Assembly (NCBI GenBank): GCA_021432655.1
Contig: MU271458.1
Span: forward strand, 1 to 61,477
Source of the DNA: Atractiella rhizophila
Taxonomy: Eukaryota
Length of the DNA stretch: 61,477 nucleotides
Direction: 5' to 3'
Both the position numbers and the translations under genes were made by a program. Shown one piece after another: positions 38,396-51,061 of this stretch; the first letter of the stretch is position 1; every line of letters starts with the position of its first letter. The notes beneath the pieces were generated by a model, which ran no database searches, was not told the DNA's origin, and saw only the letters and a program-made list of their open reading frames with translations.

Positions 38396-39623
38396 TCACA
38401 CCGCAGTTAGATTGACGTGAACTAGCGCGCGTCTGGGGGGGAAGAACGAACAAACGGCAGTGAAATGTGTGTTCCAGTGGAACCCACTGGAAGAAGAGGT
38501 ATCGGACGTCGCATCATCAGCTGTTGGAGAGACATCCTGCCGACGCCATAGTTCGGGAAGAGCTGGACAGTCTGCTTCAGCTAACAATGAAAAGGGATGT
38601 GAAAGGACGAACAAGCCATTCTCGTTACTCTTCATAAGCTTCACTGCCAGCACTTCGTCTGCCTTTCGATTTTGAATTTTGAATTCAAGTTGCAGCTTTG
38701 AACGGTCGTGCCTGCTGAAATGATGAAGGCAAGGTCTCGGTACTGCCGAGGGAAAACTTTGTGATAGAATTAGCTGCCCACGTTCACTGAACCGACCACC
38801 GTGAAATGGAGCTTCAAGTTCGTTTTGAAAGGAGAAAGGGCTCAAGAGAGCAGCCCTGCTTGAAAGTGCTGGCGAGTGAAGTCACTCGTCGTCTTCTTAC
38901 CTCTCGGGTTCGTCACTGACGACGATTTCATTTTCCCTGATTTTCCCCTCATTCTTCAAAACAAGGTGGAGGAAGTCCCGCGATTCTTTGGCGCGGTTTT
39001 GTTGAATGGCCGACTGTTGCGCCGCAGGAAAAAGCAGATGGAGCGCTCAATCGTTCCATACAGTGCACACTTCTCTGACATTGAGCTAAAATGCACAGTC
39101 ACAACAACTCCACGAAACCTTCATCCGCTCTCCTCCGTTCCTACTCGACACCTCCTCTCGGCCACGGAATACAAATGTCGATATCGAGAGCCGACAACCT
39201 CCTTAAAGGCGGCAATTGTGGAGGAGGGACAGTCAAGGTCACGGTCATCCACTTCTCCTTTCTTGTGGCGGCTGCAGGAATAGGCGGTAGAGGTCGTAGT
39301 TGGCATGATCCTGGCTCGCGCGGTGGTGGATGCGGAAATGAGAAGCTGAAACGCTTTCGGAGCTTTCGACTCGAAGGTGGTGAAAAGACTCTCGCTCCTG
39401 CTGAATCTGGCCAGGGACTAGCAAAAGTGGCTGAGTGAGCTTTGTCCCCATGATCAATGAATGTTGCAGATGACAACGGTTTCGACGGCCGTTTCACTCG
39501 TCGCATTGATGGAACAGTTTCGAGATTCACTTGATGATGGGAAGGGGAGTGAGATCGTTCCGTCGAACTCTGATGCTCGATTGGCATGTCCCATAATGGC
39601 TTTCTTGGACCTCTAGGCGGCAT
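38396..39623 (-). other. low-complexity ORF pieces, possibly a degenerate or orphan gene
   Basis: 160-aa Pro/Ser-rich ATG ORF (39623-39141) followed by stop-interrupted frames; no family recognised. Confidence 0.25.
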
Positions 39624-40510
39624 CGTGCTCAGACATGCCGCAGGTAAACGTGGATAGTGGGATTAAAGGCCGTGAGAGACAAAGGAGCTCGAGGTAGAAA
39701 AGAAGGGTCAATGCTTCACAACGTCACAAGGACAAAATACTCTTTGTGAAATGATATCCATGTAACAAACGGGACGAAACAAGGCTAAGTCGTCTCTCGA
39801 GGAGCGCATTCGTTCTCCGCGATCCTCTGGTAACGAAAGAGATGATCTAGCTAGTGTTGGCTACCTTCAGGTACATTCAACCTGTCTTTATCACATCAGG
39901 ATGACATCGCTAAGTCGCTGATTTCGGATATCTTCAGTCGATGACGGCACCTTCGCTGTATTCGATTCCCATTCTGTGAGTCCATTGATTTGCCCAATAA
40001 AGAATGAATTATATCCAATGAGACTGTGCCAGTAATGAGCAATCAATCCAAGCAGTTGTGGGTGACCGAACTAGAGAAACAGAAAAAGGGAGCAGACTAG
40101 TCCATCGCCGCTCCCATTGGCTGTTGAAGGACCCCGGACAACAGGGATTCATAGCATATCTGACAATGAAAAAGCTTGTGATTTGATGGGGAAACCTCTC
40201 TTTCCCTTCTGTCACCCGTTAATACGGAAATGAAACCTCACTTAAAAATCTTCCAGAGTGGCATATGACAGCTGTCTCTCACTCAAGACGATTCTTTTGG
40301 TCTGTTGGTCGTTTTGTGACTAGAAGAAAGGACTAGACACTGACAATAATTGGCTTAGTGATTGCGTCATTGCCTTCGCAGTATCCCAAAATTCTGTCGA
40401 GAAGAGCACCTCCTCAACAACTCCCCAGCATCTGCTAGCCATTCACCGCCTGAATCCCAACACCAAACAGTACTCCCAACGCTTGCACAGGCGTACGACT
40501 GGGAAAGAGG

Positions 40511-43500
40511 ATGTCGACGACCTTCACCAGCTCCTCCAGCCTCGAACTGGCCCTCTTCATCCTACGCGTCCTCCAGCCTTCGCTCTCCCTCATTCTCCTC
40601 CTTCTTCCCGCTTTCTTCGCCCTTCTCCTCAAACTACAGCCCGAACTACCAGCGTCCACGCAGCCAGCGGTTGGAGCGGCAGAAGATGACCCAAATTTCG
40701 TCAAAGTAACAATCAAGGTTGTGCAGCCGAGGAAAACGCTGATTGTCGCTCTCATTTGTTTGATTGCGGTCGCGTATGGAGGAGATGGGGTCGTGTTGAT
40801 GGCTCATAGTCTCGTGAGATGGAGGGAAGGTGATGGATGGGAGCCGCTTTCCAGTCCCTTGTGGCGAGGGATCGAGTGGTATGTGCTCGGGATGGTGTTT
40901 ACTATGGGAGTGTACGGGGTGTTATTGGTGAGAGGAGAAAGGTGGGAGAAAGGCAGTGCTCGCCTCTTCGTGTTGTTCAACCTTGGATTCGAAGCTGGAG
41001 TCTTGGGAATGTTGAGCAAAGCTCTCTTCCCTACAGGAGGGATAGAACATTCGAGCCCGACACCATACGACATTGCCCACTTTTCAATGGTACCAACCAG
41101 ACTACTCCTCCTCCTCATCCTCTTCATCACCCTCTCCCTCCCACGCATCACCTTCGAGCCCTACACAGCATCCGAGCGTTCCCCTCTCACTACCTCCACC
41201 GCAGACGGCGCATACGGCACCTTCCCAGGCTCACCCACGAACGGGAAAACAACCCTTCTAACCTCCACACCCCCTCCCGGCCGTCCACCACCGCCTCCAA
41301 TGACCTTCTCCAAGCTGATGAAACGCGTCACCGTCCTGTTTCCCTACCTCTGGCCCTCCAAATCTCGTCTCCTCCAAGCCATCGCCTGCCTCTGTTTCGT
41401 CCTCATGCTCGCCGGACGCGCCGTCAACCTCCTCGTTCCCGAAACGCTCGGAGACGTGGTTGACGATTTGACGTATGGAAGGAGTCCATGGATGCATATT
41501 GTGCTTTATACGGCTTTGAGAACGATGCAAGGTGGTCAAGGCGTGTTGGCTTTTTTTCAGAGCACACTTTGGATTCCTGTGGCGCAGTATTGTCAGAGAG
41601 AGATGGGAATGATGACTTTTGACCATTTGTTGAACCTCAGTCTCGCGTTTCATACGAGGAGAAAGACGGGAGAGATTCTCAGGATTTTGGATCGTGGAAG
41701 CGCTATCAATGGATTCTTTCAGATGCTGGCGTTTCAATTGGTCCCCGTATTCGTCGACAGTGCGTCCCTATTTCCCACCTGATTTAGACGAGTGGAATTG
41801 ATCCTATGGGCAACAGTAACGGTCGCGGTCGTCTACCTCGCCGTCCGTTTCGATCCCATACTCGCTGTCCTCATGCTCGCAGTCATGATTTCCTACGTCG
41901 CTGCGTCTGTGGCATTGACGGAGAAGAGAGTGAAGTACAGGAGGAAGATGTTGGACAGCGACAAGTATCAACGTGCCATGTGATTCTCCCTTTCCCCTCT
42001 TTCTTCTATTCCTCTCCTCCTTTATATCCATGACCTACTCGTACTGACGATGAACATGGTAGACATACTGACACACTTATGAACTGGGAAGTCGTGAAAT
42101 ACTTCACCGCAGAGAGGTTCGAAAGCAACAGATACTTGGAAGCGACGAAGGTGTACCAAGCGAACGAGTATCAGGTCCTTCGTGAGTCGCCCTCCGTTCC
42201 TCCCAGTAGCAGTCTAATGAAGAAGGACAGTGAGTCTGCAGCTTCTCAATCTCACTCAAAACATAATCATCTCCGCTGGACTCCTCGCCGGTTGTTTCAT
42301 CGTAGCTTATCGCGTTGCGACTGGACAACAACAGGTTGGAGGGTTTATTCGCTTCATCACTTATTTGTACGTCTTCCCCATCCTTCCTCCCCCACAACAG
42401 AGAGTCACACCGACTTTTCTTCATCCCGTGATAGACAAGTATATTGATTCGTGGCTGATTCTTCTAGGACGCAACTTTACGTTCCTCTCGGAGCGCTCGG
42501 GACGCTATATAGGATCATCCAACAGAATTTGGTGGATACTGAGAACCTAATCAAGCTGCTCGAAGTACTTCCCTTCCCTTTTCTCAGGAGGAGCGTGATG
42601 ATTGACTGCTTATTGGATATGGTACAGGAAGAACAAGAGATCAAGGATTCCCCAGATGCCCAAGAAATCCAAGTGAAAGGAGACGTCGAGTTCGGTTCGT
42701 TCACTTCCACCACCCCTCTCACATTTCTCCCAATCGAACAATCAGGAAGGATGATGCTGATGGAACCGTTTTGGAGCATAGATAACGTCTCCTTTCTCGT
42801 ACGATGGGAAACGTACGGCTCTCAACAGCCTCTCGTTTAAGATCCCGGCTGGGACGTCTGTAGCCTTGGTTGGAGAGAGTGGCGCTGGTAAAAGCAGTGT
42901 GCGTCCTCCGCCTCCCTTTTATAGACCACGCTGATGGAATGGTACTGACAGATTCTGAGGCTGTTGTATCGCTTTTATGATATCAATGAAGGGTCGATCA
43001 AGATCGTCAGTCACTCCTGAGGCGTTTAGCGTCGAATTACTGAATTTGTGGGATAGGATGGCTACGACCTTCGTTCTCTTACGCAACACTCACTCCGCTC
43101 TCAAATCGGAGTGGTTCCTCAAGATTCCATCCTGTTCAATGAGACGGTGAGATACAGTGCGTATCCTTCTTTGGGGACGAGCGGGGAGAGCGACTGATGG
43201 TGTTGTGCAGACATTGGATATGGTGATCCAACAGCAGACGAAGAGAGCATCGTTTCTGCAGCCAAGGCAGCACAAATCCACGATCGCGTGCTCTCTTTCC
43301 CAGATGGGTATTCTACTGTTGTGGGAGAACGAGGCATCCGATTATCAGGCGGCGAGGTTCGTTCTCAATCCTTTCATTCGCTATGACATCTAATGCGCTG
43401 CACTCCGTGATGGTAGAAACAACGTGTCAGCATAGCGAGGACGATCCTGAAGAACCCTCCCATCCTGCTCCTGGACGAAGCTACCAGTGCTCTGGACACA

Positions 43501-43906
43501 CATACGGAGCGAGAGATCCAATCTGCACTCACAGAGCTCATCAAAGGAAGAACCACGATCTCGATTGCCCATCGACTGTCCACCGTCGTGCACTCCGATC
43601 TCATACTCGTCATTCAAGACGGAACCGTAGCCGAGCAGGGAACTCATCAAGAGTTGCTGGCAAAAGGAGGTCTGTATGCTGGTACGTCTACCCAATCCCT
43701 CCTCGAACTCTTGCTGAATTTTTACTGCAATGTCGCTAGCATTATGGAACAAACAGATTTCGGCGGAGCTCGAGGTCGCTTTCAAAGAAGGAGGGACGAA
43801 GGCGAAATCCCTCATCCCCCGCGAGGTACGAGACCTGATGGGCAGTGAGAACACGCCCGAAGGCAGCGGGAACGTTACCCCTGTGCGACCTAACGGCCAT
43901 CCTTGA
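40511..43906 (+). CDS. HMT1: HMT1/ABCB6-like half ABC transporter (heavy-metal tolerance), with an apparent +1 frameshift at ~42795
   Basis: N-terminal TMD0, [36 protein letters not shown], Walker A GESGAGKS, signature LSGGE, Walker [20 protein letters not shown]. Confidence 0.9.
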
Positions 43907-44380
43907 TCAAGGACCTCCACCACAGGAACTGCTCACGGCTGTGTCGAAAATTGTGAATACTTTGTTGCATCCCATCCCTCTCAATCCTTGCTGCATTCCC
44001 CCAACAATAATCCCATCATTGTCAATCAGTGCTTTTCTCCAAACAAATTCTTCAGTTTGAATAGTGTACGAGTAACAGATGCTTCCTTAGGAATCCAAAA
44101 GTATGACATACGTCAGTCGGGCTGGATACAGTCTGGATATAGCGATAGTATTCAATATTTTGATAGTTAAAAGCTCGGTATTGGGAGGATGGGAGATGGA
44201 GGTGATGGTAGTACAGATGAAAGGACAGAAACTATTGAGACAATTCTACGCTTGGTCTTATCAAAAGAGAAAGACTGACAGGTAACGCAAGCAACGACGT
44301 TGAAAGAAACTGAAGCCAGTCCATCATATTTATTCACAGGCAGAAAAAGGTCCATCCATCCCACCCATGTCAATCCGTGA

Positions 44381-46707
44381 TCATTTCCCCTTCACACTGT
44401 CGTAAGTGGGGGGAAGCACTTCCTCTTCTCCGACAGGGACGGCACCGCCATCTTCATGCTGCATGATCTTCCTTTGAGCCCTTTCTGCTGAAGGTCGATA
44501 CAGCCCTGCCTTCTCTGGCACGCTAGCTCGTGCCCCGGCTGGTCGTGATGAGCTCCCCTCTCCCCTGTCGTCGTCTCCACTACGAAGGAAGGCAAGGACA
44601 CCATCATCTACTGATATTCTCTCCTGACCGTCGTCCTCCACCACCTCTGCTTGAACCTCGTCCGGATTGACGATCCTCGGTCGGAATGGCTGAGATGTGG
44701 ATGCTCGAGGTTTGGCGGTGGAAGACATGCGACGTACGCCTCCGTCAGTGGAATGTGCCCATTGCGAAGAAGCGGTCGTTCGAAGCGAGCCCTCCTCTGC
44801 GTCCCTCTCCCTCCTCCTCCATGCACTCGGTGCAGCACCAGCGGGATATGCTGAAGATCCCTCTCCAACCTCTTCATCGGGAGGGAGATACGGATCCACG
44901 ATCGCGGTCGCCTTCTCGCCTCTAACACCATAATCTTCTTCCTCATCCTCTGCAGTGGTTCGCCCATTCGAGCTATCCTTGGACGGAGAGAAAGGCAGAT
45001 CGGCTTCACCCGCATCGAGCATCGGAGTCTTAGGTTCAGGATCGAGCTCGTCCTTATTTTTCTTTGATTTGGAAAGCGTGGCGGCAGCAGCGGACGGAGT
45101 GCGAGGAGAGACCCGGCGACGTTTGTAGAGATAACGAGCGAGGAGAAGAAGGATGATGGCCAGAACGACGCCGCCAACGACACCACCGACTATGGCTCCT
45201 ACTGGGGTTGAGCTCCCGCCGCCGCTCCCACTGTTTGAACCTCCAGAACCAGGCGGGCTGGCAAATGACTGACTCTGCGTAGCACATCCCGTCTGATTCT
45301 GCCCGCCTATGTCTATCGGCCCCTGGGTCGCGGAGAAGATCCCTTTCGAGTCGCTATATCCCCCTCAATATGAGGACGGAGAGACTATGGAGAAGCAACT
45401 TACCGAACGCCGACTAGCATTCCACTCCCAGAAGTCACATCAGCCACCCAGCTGTAGTACGCATCAGATGCTGGGAGGGTGTCGTTCGTGGTTGGAGCCA
45501 CAGTGTTAGTGGAAGTGTCAGGGATGACGTTGACGGTATAAGGAGGTGTTCCACCTACGTCCCAATACACTTTCAATATGAAATCAGGAGCTAAAGAAAG
45601 AAACGAACCGGAGATGCTGAACAATACGCTGTCACATGTGTCCGCCTGAGAAGTGTTGAGGGAGACATGGATCGGTGTATCGGTGGAAGGTAAGCAACCT
45701 GTGGAACCTGACTGAATCGTGTAAGCTCTCCCCCAACCGCCGTTGTGGTTATTGGAGTCGTAGACTGTTTCCCCATTGACAAAGGTCAGAATCAAACTTA
45801 AATGCTAGACTGAAACATCTCCCATGGATTGCCCATTTACAGTTTGATGATTTCATTAACCATGCCAAGTCCTGGAATCCTGGGTTGTAACTTCCAGAAC
45901 TTGCGGCACGGATAGAACAGTGCAAAGATAACGCCGGAAAGAGAAGATTGCAATAGGTGCTCAGAGCTTTGCAAAGTGATAATCCTGCTCTATGTTCGGT
46001 TCTAATCTTCACTCCTCCACATGAACGCGACAAAGACAAGCATCCCAGCCTCGGACTGAGTCAGCTCGAAGCGTAGCAGGCTCCTTTTAGAGCATTATGC
46101 GCAGCAAAGCATGATGGACACATCGATGGCATGCTATCAGGCTCGACTGATCCTCAGTCAAAGTCAAAGTATGGAATCGATTGAGAGGCTCGGCGCTGTA
46201 TGATGCGAAATGTTTGAAAGAGCTCTGGAGAAGTTCCAACTTCTTTCGTGATACCCTTGACGCTATCAACGCCAGAACACCGAATATACAATCTCTTTCC
46301 AACATCCCTTCGCACAAACTTTGTCTCGATATAGGAGAACTCACCCGAAATGATAAGCTCGGTACCCTGCGGATACCTGACCTCATAAGTCAAATTGACC
46401 AATCCCTCCCCCTCGAGCAGTTGTACGCTCGGCACGCCTTTTGTCGGATACGAGTACACCCAAAACGGAGGGCTCACTCCACTCGCACCGGGGTTCTCCC
46501 AGACAGTCACGGGGATGGATTCGCAGGACGAGAGCGAGTTGGAGTCCTGTATCAATCATCAACATCGAGTTAGAATAGCTGCTTTCGAATATATAATGTA
46601 GAGGAAGGACATACATTTTGTGATGGGAAACTCCAATAAAATTGGGCTCTAACGGCAGACAGGAGAGGGAGAAGGAAGAATGGGTATGAACGCCCCAGAC
46701 GGGTCAT
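44381..46707 (-). CDS. type I single-pass membrane protein with PY motif
   Basis: Signal peptide MTRLGRSYPFFLLPLLSAVRA, Cys-containing ectodomain exons, TM IVGGVVGGVVLAIILLLLA, cytoplasmic tail ending LPPTYDSVKGK*. Confidence 0.7.
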
Positions 46708-47667
46708 GGTGGATATCGTACAGTGAAGACAGTCTCAGTGAAGAGGTCTGGAAGGGCTGGGAGAGGGTGAAAGTGGTTGTTTTTCAGGGAGATTCGACAA
46801 AATTGGCGTCACAAAGGAAAGTTGGATCCGAGCTTCCAGAACAGTGACGACGAACAACGATTATTACCTTTTGCTTGTGCTCTGCTTCGACGGTGGCAAG
46901 AGCAAAGGGGCTGCTGAAGGGCAGCGCGGGGTATATATTATATTATGTTTACAAAGAACGCGACGAATTCCGGTTCTGGAATGCTCAGCCTGTTGGGAAT
47001 GAAATGGGATCCGAACAATTGCCATTTGGGCGCAGAGCGAAAATCAGCTTGAATTGCAGGCAGCGCTGGAAAGTGTATTGAGGTGTGAGTAAAACGCATT
47101 TCCTCAAAGCTGAATCTGGTGGATGTCAACGGGGTGATTTCCGCGCTGTTTTCAAAAATGCACGAGGTTGGAGCTGGAGGCTGGCAGCTCCAGTAGCAAC
47201 TTAGACGCTTACATGGAATGTCGCAGCTTGTCAGAATACATAACAGTCGCCGTGATTGTCTGGTACACTTTTACATTCATTGTCACAGCACCGATTGCCA
47301 ACGTTGGTCCCGCCATTGTTCTGACCAATAAATCAATGTTCCTCCTTGGATATCAGGGTTATATCTGTCCGCGTTGCCCTTTTGGTTTCTCCAGGCACAG
47401 GTTTCCAATACTTGCATAATCAAATCAACATTTCCGCTAATACGCATCTCTTCGTCAAATTAACATCCTTCGCCTTTCTTGGATAGCTTCTTAGTTTGGG
47501 GAGACGAGTGTTGCTGTACCTCATGAGTGCTTATGCTGGACCCTTTCTTGGCTTCTGATCACTTGCGGAGCGTTTGCCAGTCCTCATAAGAGCACTGACT
47601 TGAATACGTTCAGGTGGAGTCACACATTTTCAAGATGGGCCAATTAATACAGTTCTTTCCAAACTCT

Positions 47668-48410
47668 TCATACCACACTAAGGGAAATCGCTGAGCGTCC
47701 CGTGTCAGTCAAGTACCGTACCCAGCGCCCGAACTTGAAATGTGAACTTTCAGATTTAAATTTAAACTTCAACGGAGAACCTAGCCGCTGGCCAGACCGT
47801 GTCGCAGGCAGTTCTTCGCCTTCGGTCCATTGTCCGTAAAAGAGGCAGACACTGACGACGTTATTCTGATTTCCTTGAAGGACGTGTTGAGTGAAATCAA
47901 GGAACTCGCGAAAATTGTATAGGCAGTAGCTGAAATCGAGCCATAATAGCTCAGACGCACTAATTTGTTGAAAGAAGTCCTCCGGCAAGATATTGCTCCC
48001 TCCATCAATACTTAGGCGGGAAAGGCGACAACAGTCATATAGCACCATCAAAAATCGGGTTCTCTTCGTAGAATACCTTGACTGAGGCTAGTGCATATTG
48101 TTGTCGAGCGGAGAATTGAGGGACTGTGCCACAAGGACAGATGTCTAAGCTATTCTTTTGAATTGTACTTTCCCACACCATTCGTCGTAATGCGCAAGAA
48201 AAGAGTTGGTCATTAGGGTTGATAGAATGGCGATTGGAGTGCTTTTCGATCAATAACCATTGGAGGAAATGTACACAAAAATACTTCCGATCGTTCTAGA
48301 GGATGTAGAGAGACGAATAGTAGAGACGACAATAGTTTTGAAAATAAAACAAGTATCGAAACCAAGATGAGATTCTCTTGCATCTGCAAATCACTTGCCC
48401 TGTACATCCC
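47668..48410 (-). pseudogene. degenerate LRR/F-box-like coding remnant
   Basis: Leu-periodic fragment VLYDCCRLSRLSID...LLWLDFSYC in a stop-rich region. Confidence 0.2.
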
Positions 48411-48599
48411 CAGATGTTGTAGTCGTCCGCGTTACGGTTGCCTTATTTTCCACTTCAGGTTGAAAATCCAACACACAATGGTCTTCTCTTTCAAGCGACT
48501 TCAGATTCAAGGATCGAACTGGTTGCGATCTCTCTAGTTGCCTTCGAAGGTTCTGCCTCATATTAAGACTGTGAAGCTCGTTTATTTCTTATCGATATC

Positions 48600-49764
48600 T
48601 GGGGGAAAGGCTCACGAGTAGAGCACGGATGCTCCCATGACGGGTCCCACTTGATAAGTCAAAGCGAACGAGAGCTGGAGTACGAAACCTCATTATAGCA
48701 GAGACTACTGCAATAAGACAGCTTACAGAGGTGTTGGTTCCAGAAAGCTGCGCCAATGCTGAACTCAGGAGAAAGCCTGTCGATACACTTGACTATGAGA
48801 ACAGTCAGTGGATTCTTCATCTCAGCTCTGCTAACTCACGGTGGCTATAGCAGCATGAAAAATGCGCATGAATATGCTCCAATTCCTGCGAGAATGTCGT
48901 TTGAGAAATCCTGGTGGAGATGAGGGAACCTTACCGAGTCTTAAATTCACTATCACGATTTCTGTGGAAACACCACCCAAGAACAGACGTGAGGATGATT
49001 TCGTCTGCCGCTTTCAGCCAAAAAGCCAGTTGAATAAGGAATGTCCCCTTGCACTCTTATTAAGGAATAAAGCAGATATCGCGAGTGAACCGTACCCGCT
49101 CTGATATTGGCTTTCCGTCTGTGAACCTATCTGTTCCCTTTATGAGCACTTGCTACAAAGTAGATATGGAAGGAGAGCACACATTGACTAGGAAGGCTGA
49201 GGACGCCGAGGACTGCAACAGTAGATGGAAGAGCAACTGCGAAAACCAGATAGACTCGGTTTCTTCTCATCAGCAAGTACGCTCTCCTGACAAAGAAGCA
49301 TTCGGAGACCCACTACAGGCTGTGATCAACATGATCAAGAGAGGCTCAGAACGGAACTCACGATGAGAACGCAGCCGACGATCGAAAGGAAATAAAAGGT
49401 GAACGCCGACTCCCCTTTGTCGTTGCCAGCTAGTCGGTAGTCTTCGCCGTGTTCGACGACAAAGATTGGGTAGATAAACTGGCGTCGATTCAATCGTGGA
49501 AAAGTGAAGATGATGTGAAAACGCACCCGTATCATTAGGGCATTATACAGGAGAGCATCCCCGGTGACAAAAAGAACGAATAACTTTGTACTGCTTCCCC
49601 GTATCAGTCACTTCTGAACTCTCGCAATCAATTCCATACCGTAACTTCTCGAGTGGATACTGGCGAAAAAACGAGGCACATTGCGTGCAAACGATTGAGG
49701 TAATTAGACTACAAACTGCAACCCCCCAGAAAAGGTTCATGTACGCGAAATAACCTGAATCCAT
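48600..49764 (-). CDS. second DUF6534-type membrane protein gene or pseudogene (3' end approximate)
   Basis: MDSGYFAYMNLFWGVAVCSLITSIVCTQCASFFRQYPLEK and NWLFGLKAADEIILTSVLGW resemble the family pattern; full exon chain not resolved. Confidence 0.4.
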
Positions 49765-50267
49765 TAGGTATCGTCGCATAAGTTTGTCAACCCGTATAGC
49801 TGATATATATAAGCCTCTGCTGACCAACAGGTCGCAGCTCACGTTGGGCGTTCTGGACAGAAGCCACAATAGGTAGCGGCCGAAAAGCTAGGATCTGAAG
49901 CTCTGAGGGGTGGTTTGGGTAAAAGAGCGCTTCGTTCACTCCCGTTCCCAGCGTAGCCATCCCCCCTTTCCCAGCTTCCCGCTTTCCACACTTCTGGTCT
50001 GCTTGGCAGCGAAGAGTAGGATTATACAGATCTGCGTTTAATTGTGCCACGGATTGTATCTTCTGATTGCGATGAAGACTTTTTACATCAATAGATGGGA
50101 TGAAGCAAAATAAAGATCTTACGGCCCTCCAAGGCCCTCCATCAGCAAGACCTGGTAGTCACGTGGACCAATGTCCACGGGAAAGTAGTTCGTGATTAAA
50201 GTGGGCAGTGGGGAAAGTAACCAACTGAACTGTTTCGACGCCTCTTCCAGTTGGCTTAGCTGTAGCC

Positions 50268-50917
50268 ATGGAGCTAAAATACGATCAGCCGTGCACGATC
50301 GAGGAGCTGCTTCAACTAGATGTTGAGCTGTTGACAAATGGTATGCTTGCTATCAGGCCCTGGTCATGACCACACACATACGGAAGCGAACAGAAATCCT
50401 TCGCCTTCAGAACTCGATCATGCATCTCAAGCGGTCCAACAAAGTCAGGATCGATTCTCTACGTATAATCATCGTATCTAAAGGGAAGTTTCAGGAACTT
50501 GTGGCGTTTTCGGCAGAAGAAGACGACGCAAGCGTGAAAAATGAATATGCGAGCGTCATCGACGAGAATGTTGTGGCCATGTAAGTGCCTCGTTCTCTCA
50601 TTCTCCTTATCGAAGAAGCGCATACCCAGGCTGAATTTCTCGGAAAAAGTGAAAGGCAAGACGAACGAATAAGGATGATCCGTACGGCCATTTCAGAGAA
50701 AACTGGGTTGGAGGTCGACAATCCCCATTATGCACCGAGCACTGATCCTGCAGATGTTCAATCAGGCAGTGTCCAGTTGGCAGGAATATCACCTACTGTG
50801 TCAACTGCGGCGACTGTGGTAATATCTGAACTTTCCTCGTCAACCAACGCGCCTGCGCCAGCCACTAGGAATATCCAGCCCGAGGAAGAGGAGGAACAGA
50901 CAGGCGTGTTCTTATAG
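50268..50917 (+). CDS. TMA17: Tma17/Adc17-like small coiled-coil protein
   Basis: Spliced MELKYDQPCTIEELLQLDVELLTN-EILRLQNSIMHLKRSNK-ELVAF...VIDENVV...RQDERIRMI. Confidence 0.65.
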
Positions 50918-51061
50918 CTTCAGAAATGATGTGAATAATGTGACAATTGCAGTGCATGTTATACATATTGGTGCGACCCTGCAGCCAATCAGGTTAAACA
51001 ACGGAACGAAGAATAAAGCACAACTTCAGAGAAACAAGATTGAAGACAGACTACAAACTGA

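Noticed and set aside
48213..48220. TTAGGGTT, template-like AACCCTAA on the minus strand
   Set aside because: Isolated 8-mer in a degenerate coding remnant with no supporting helices seen; expected by chance.
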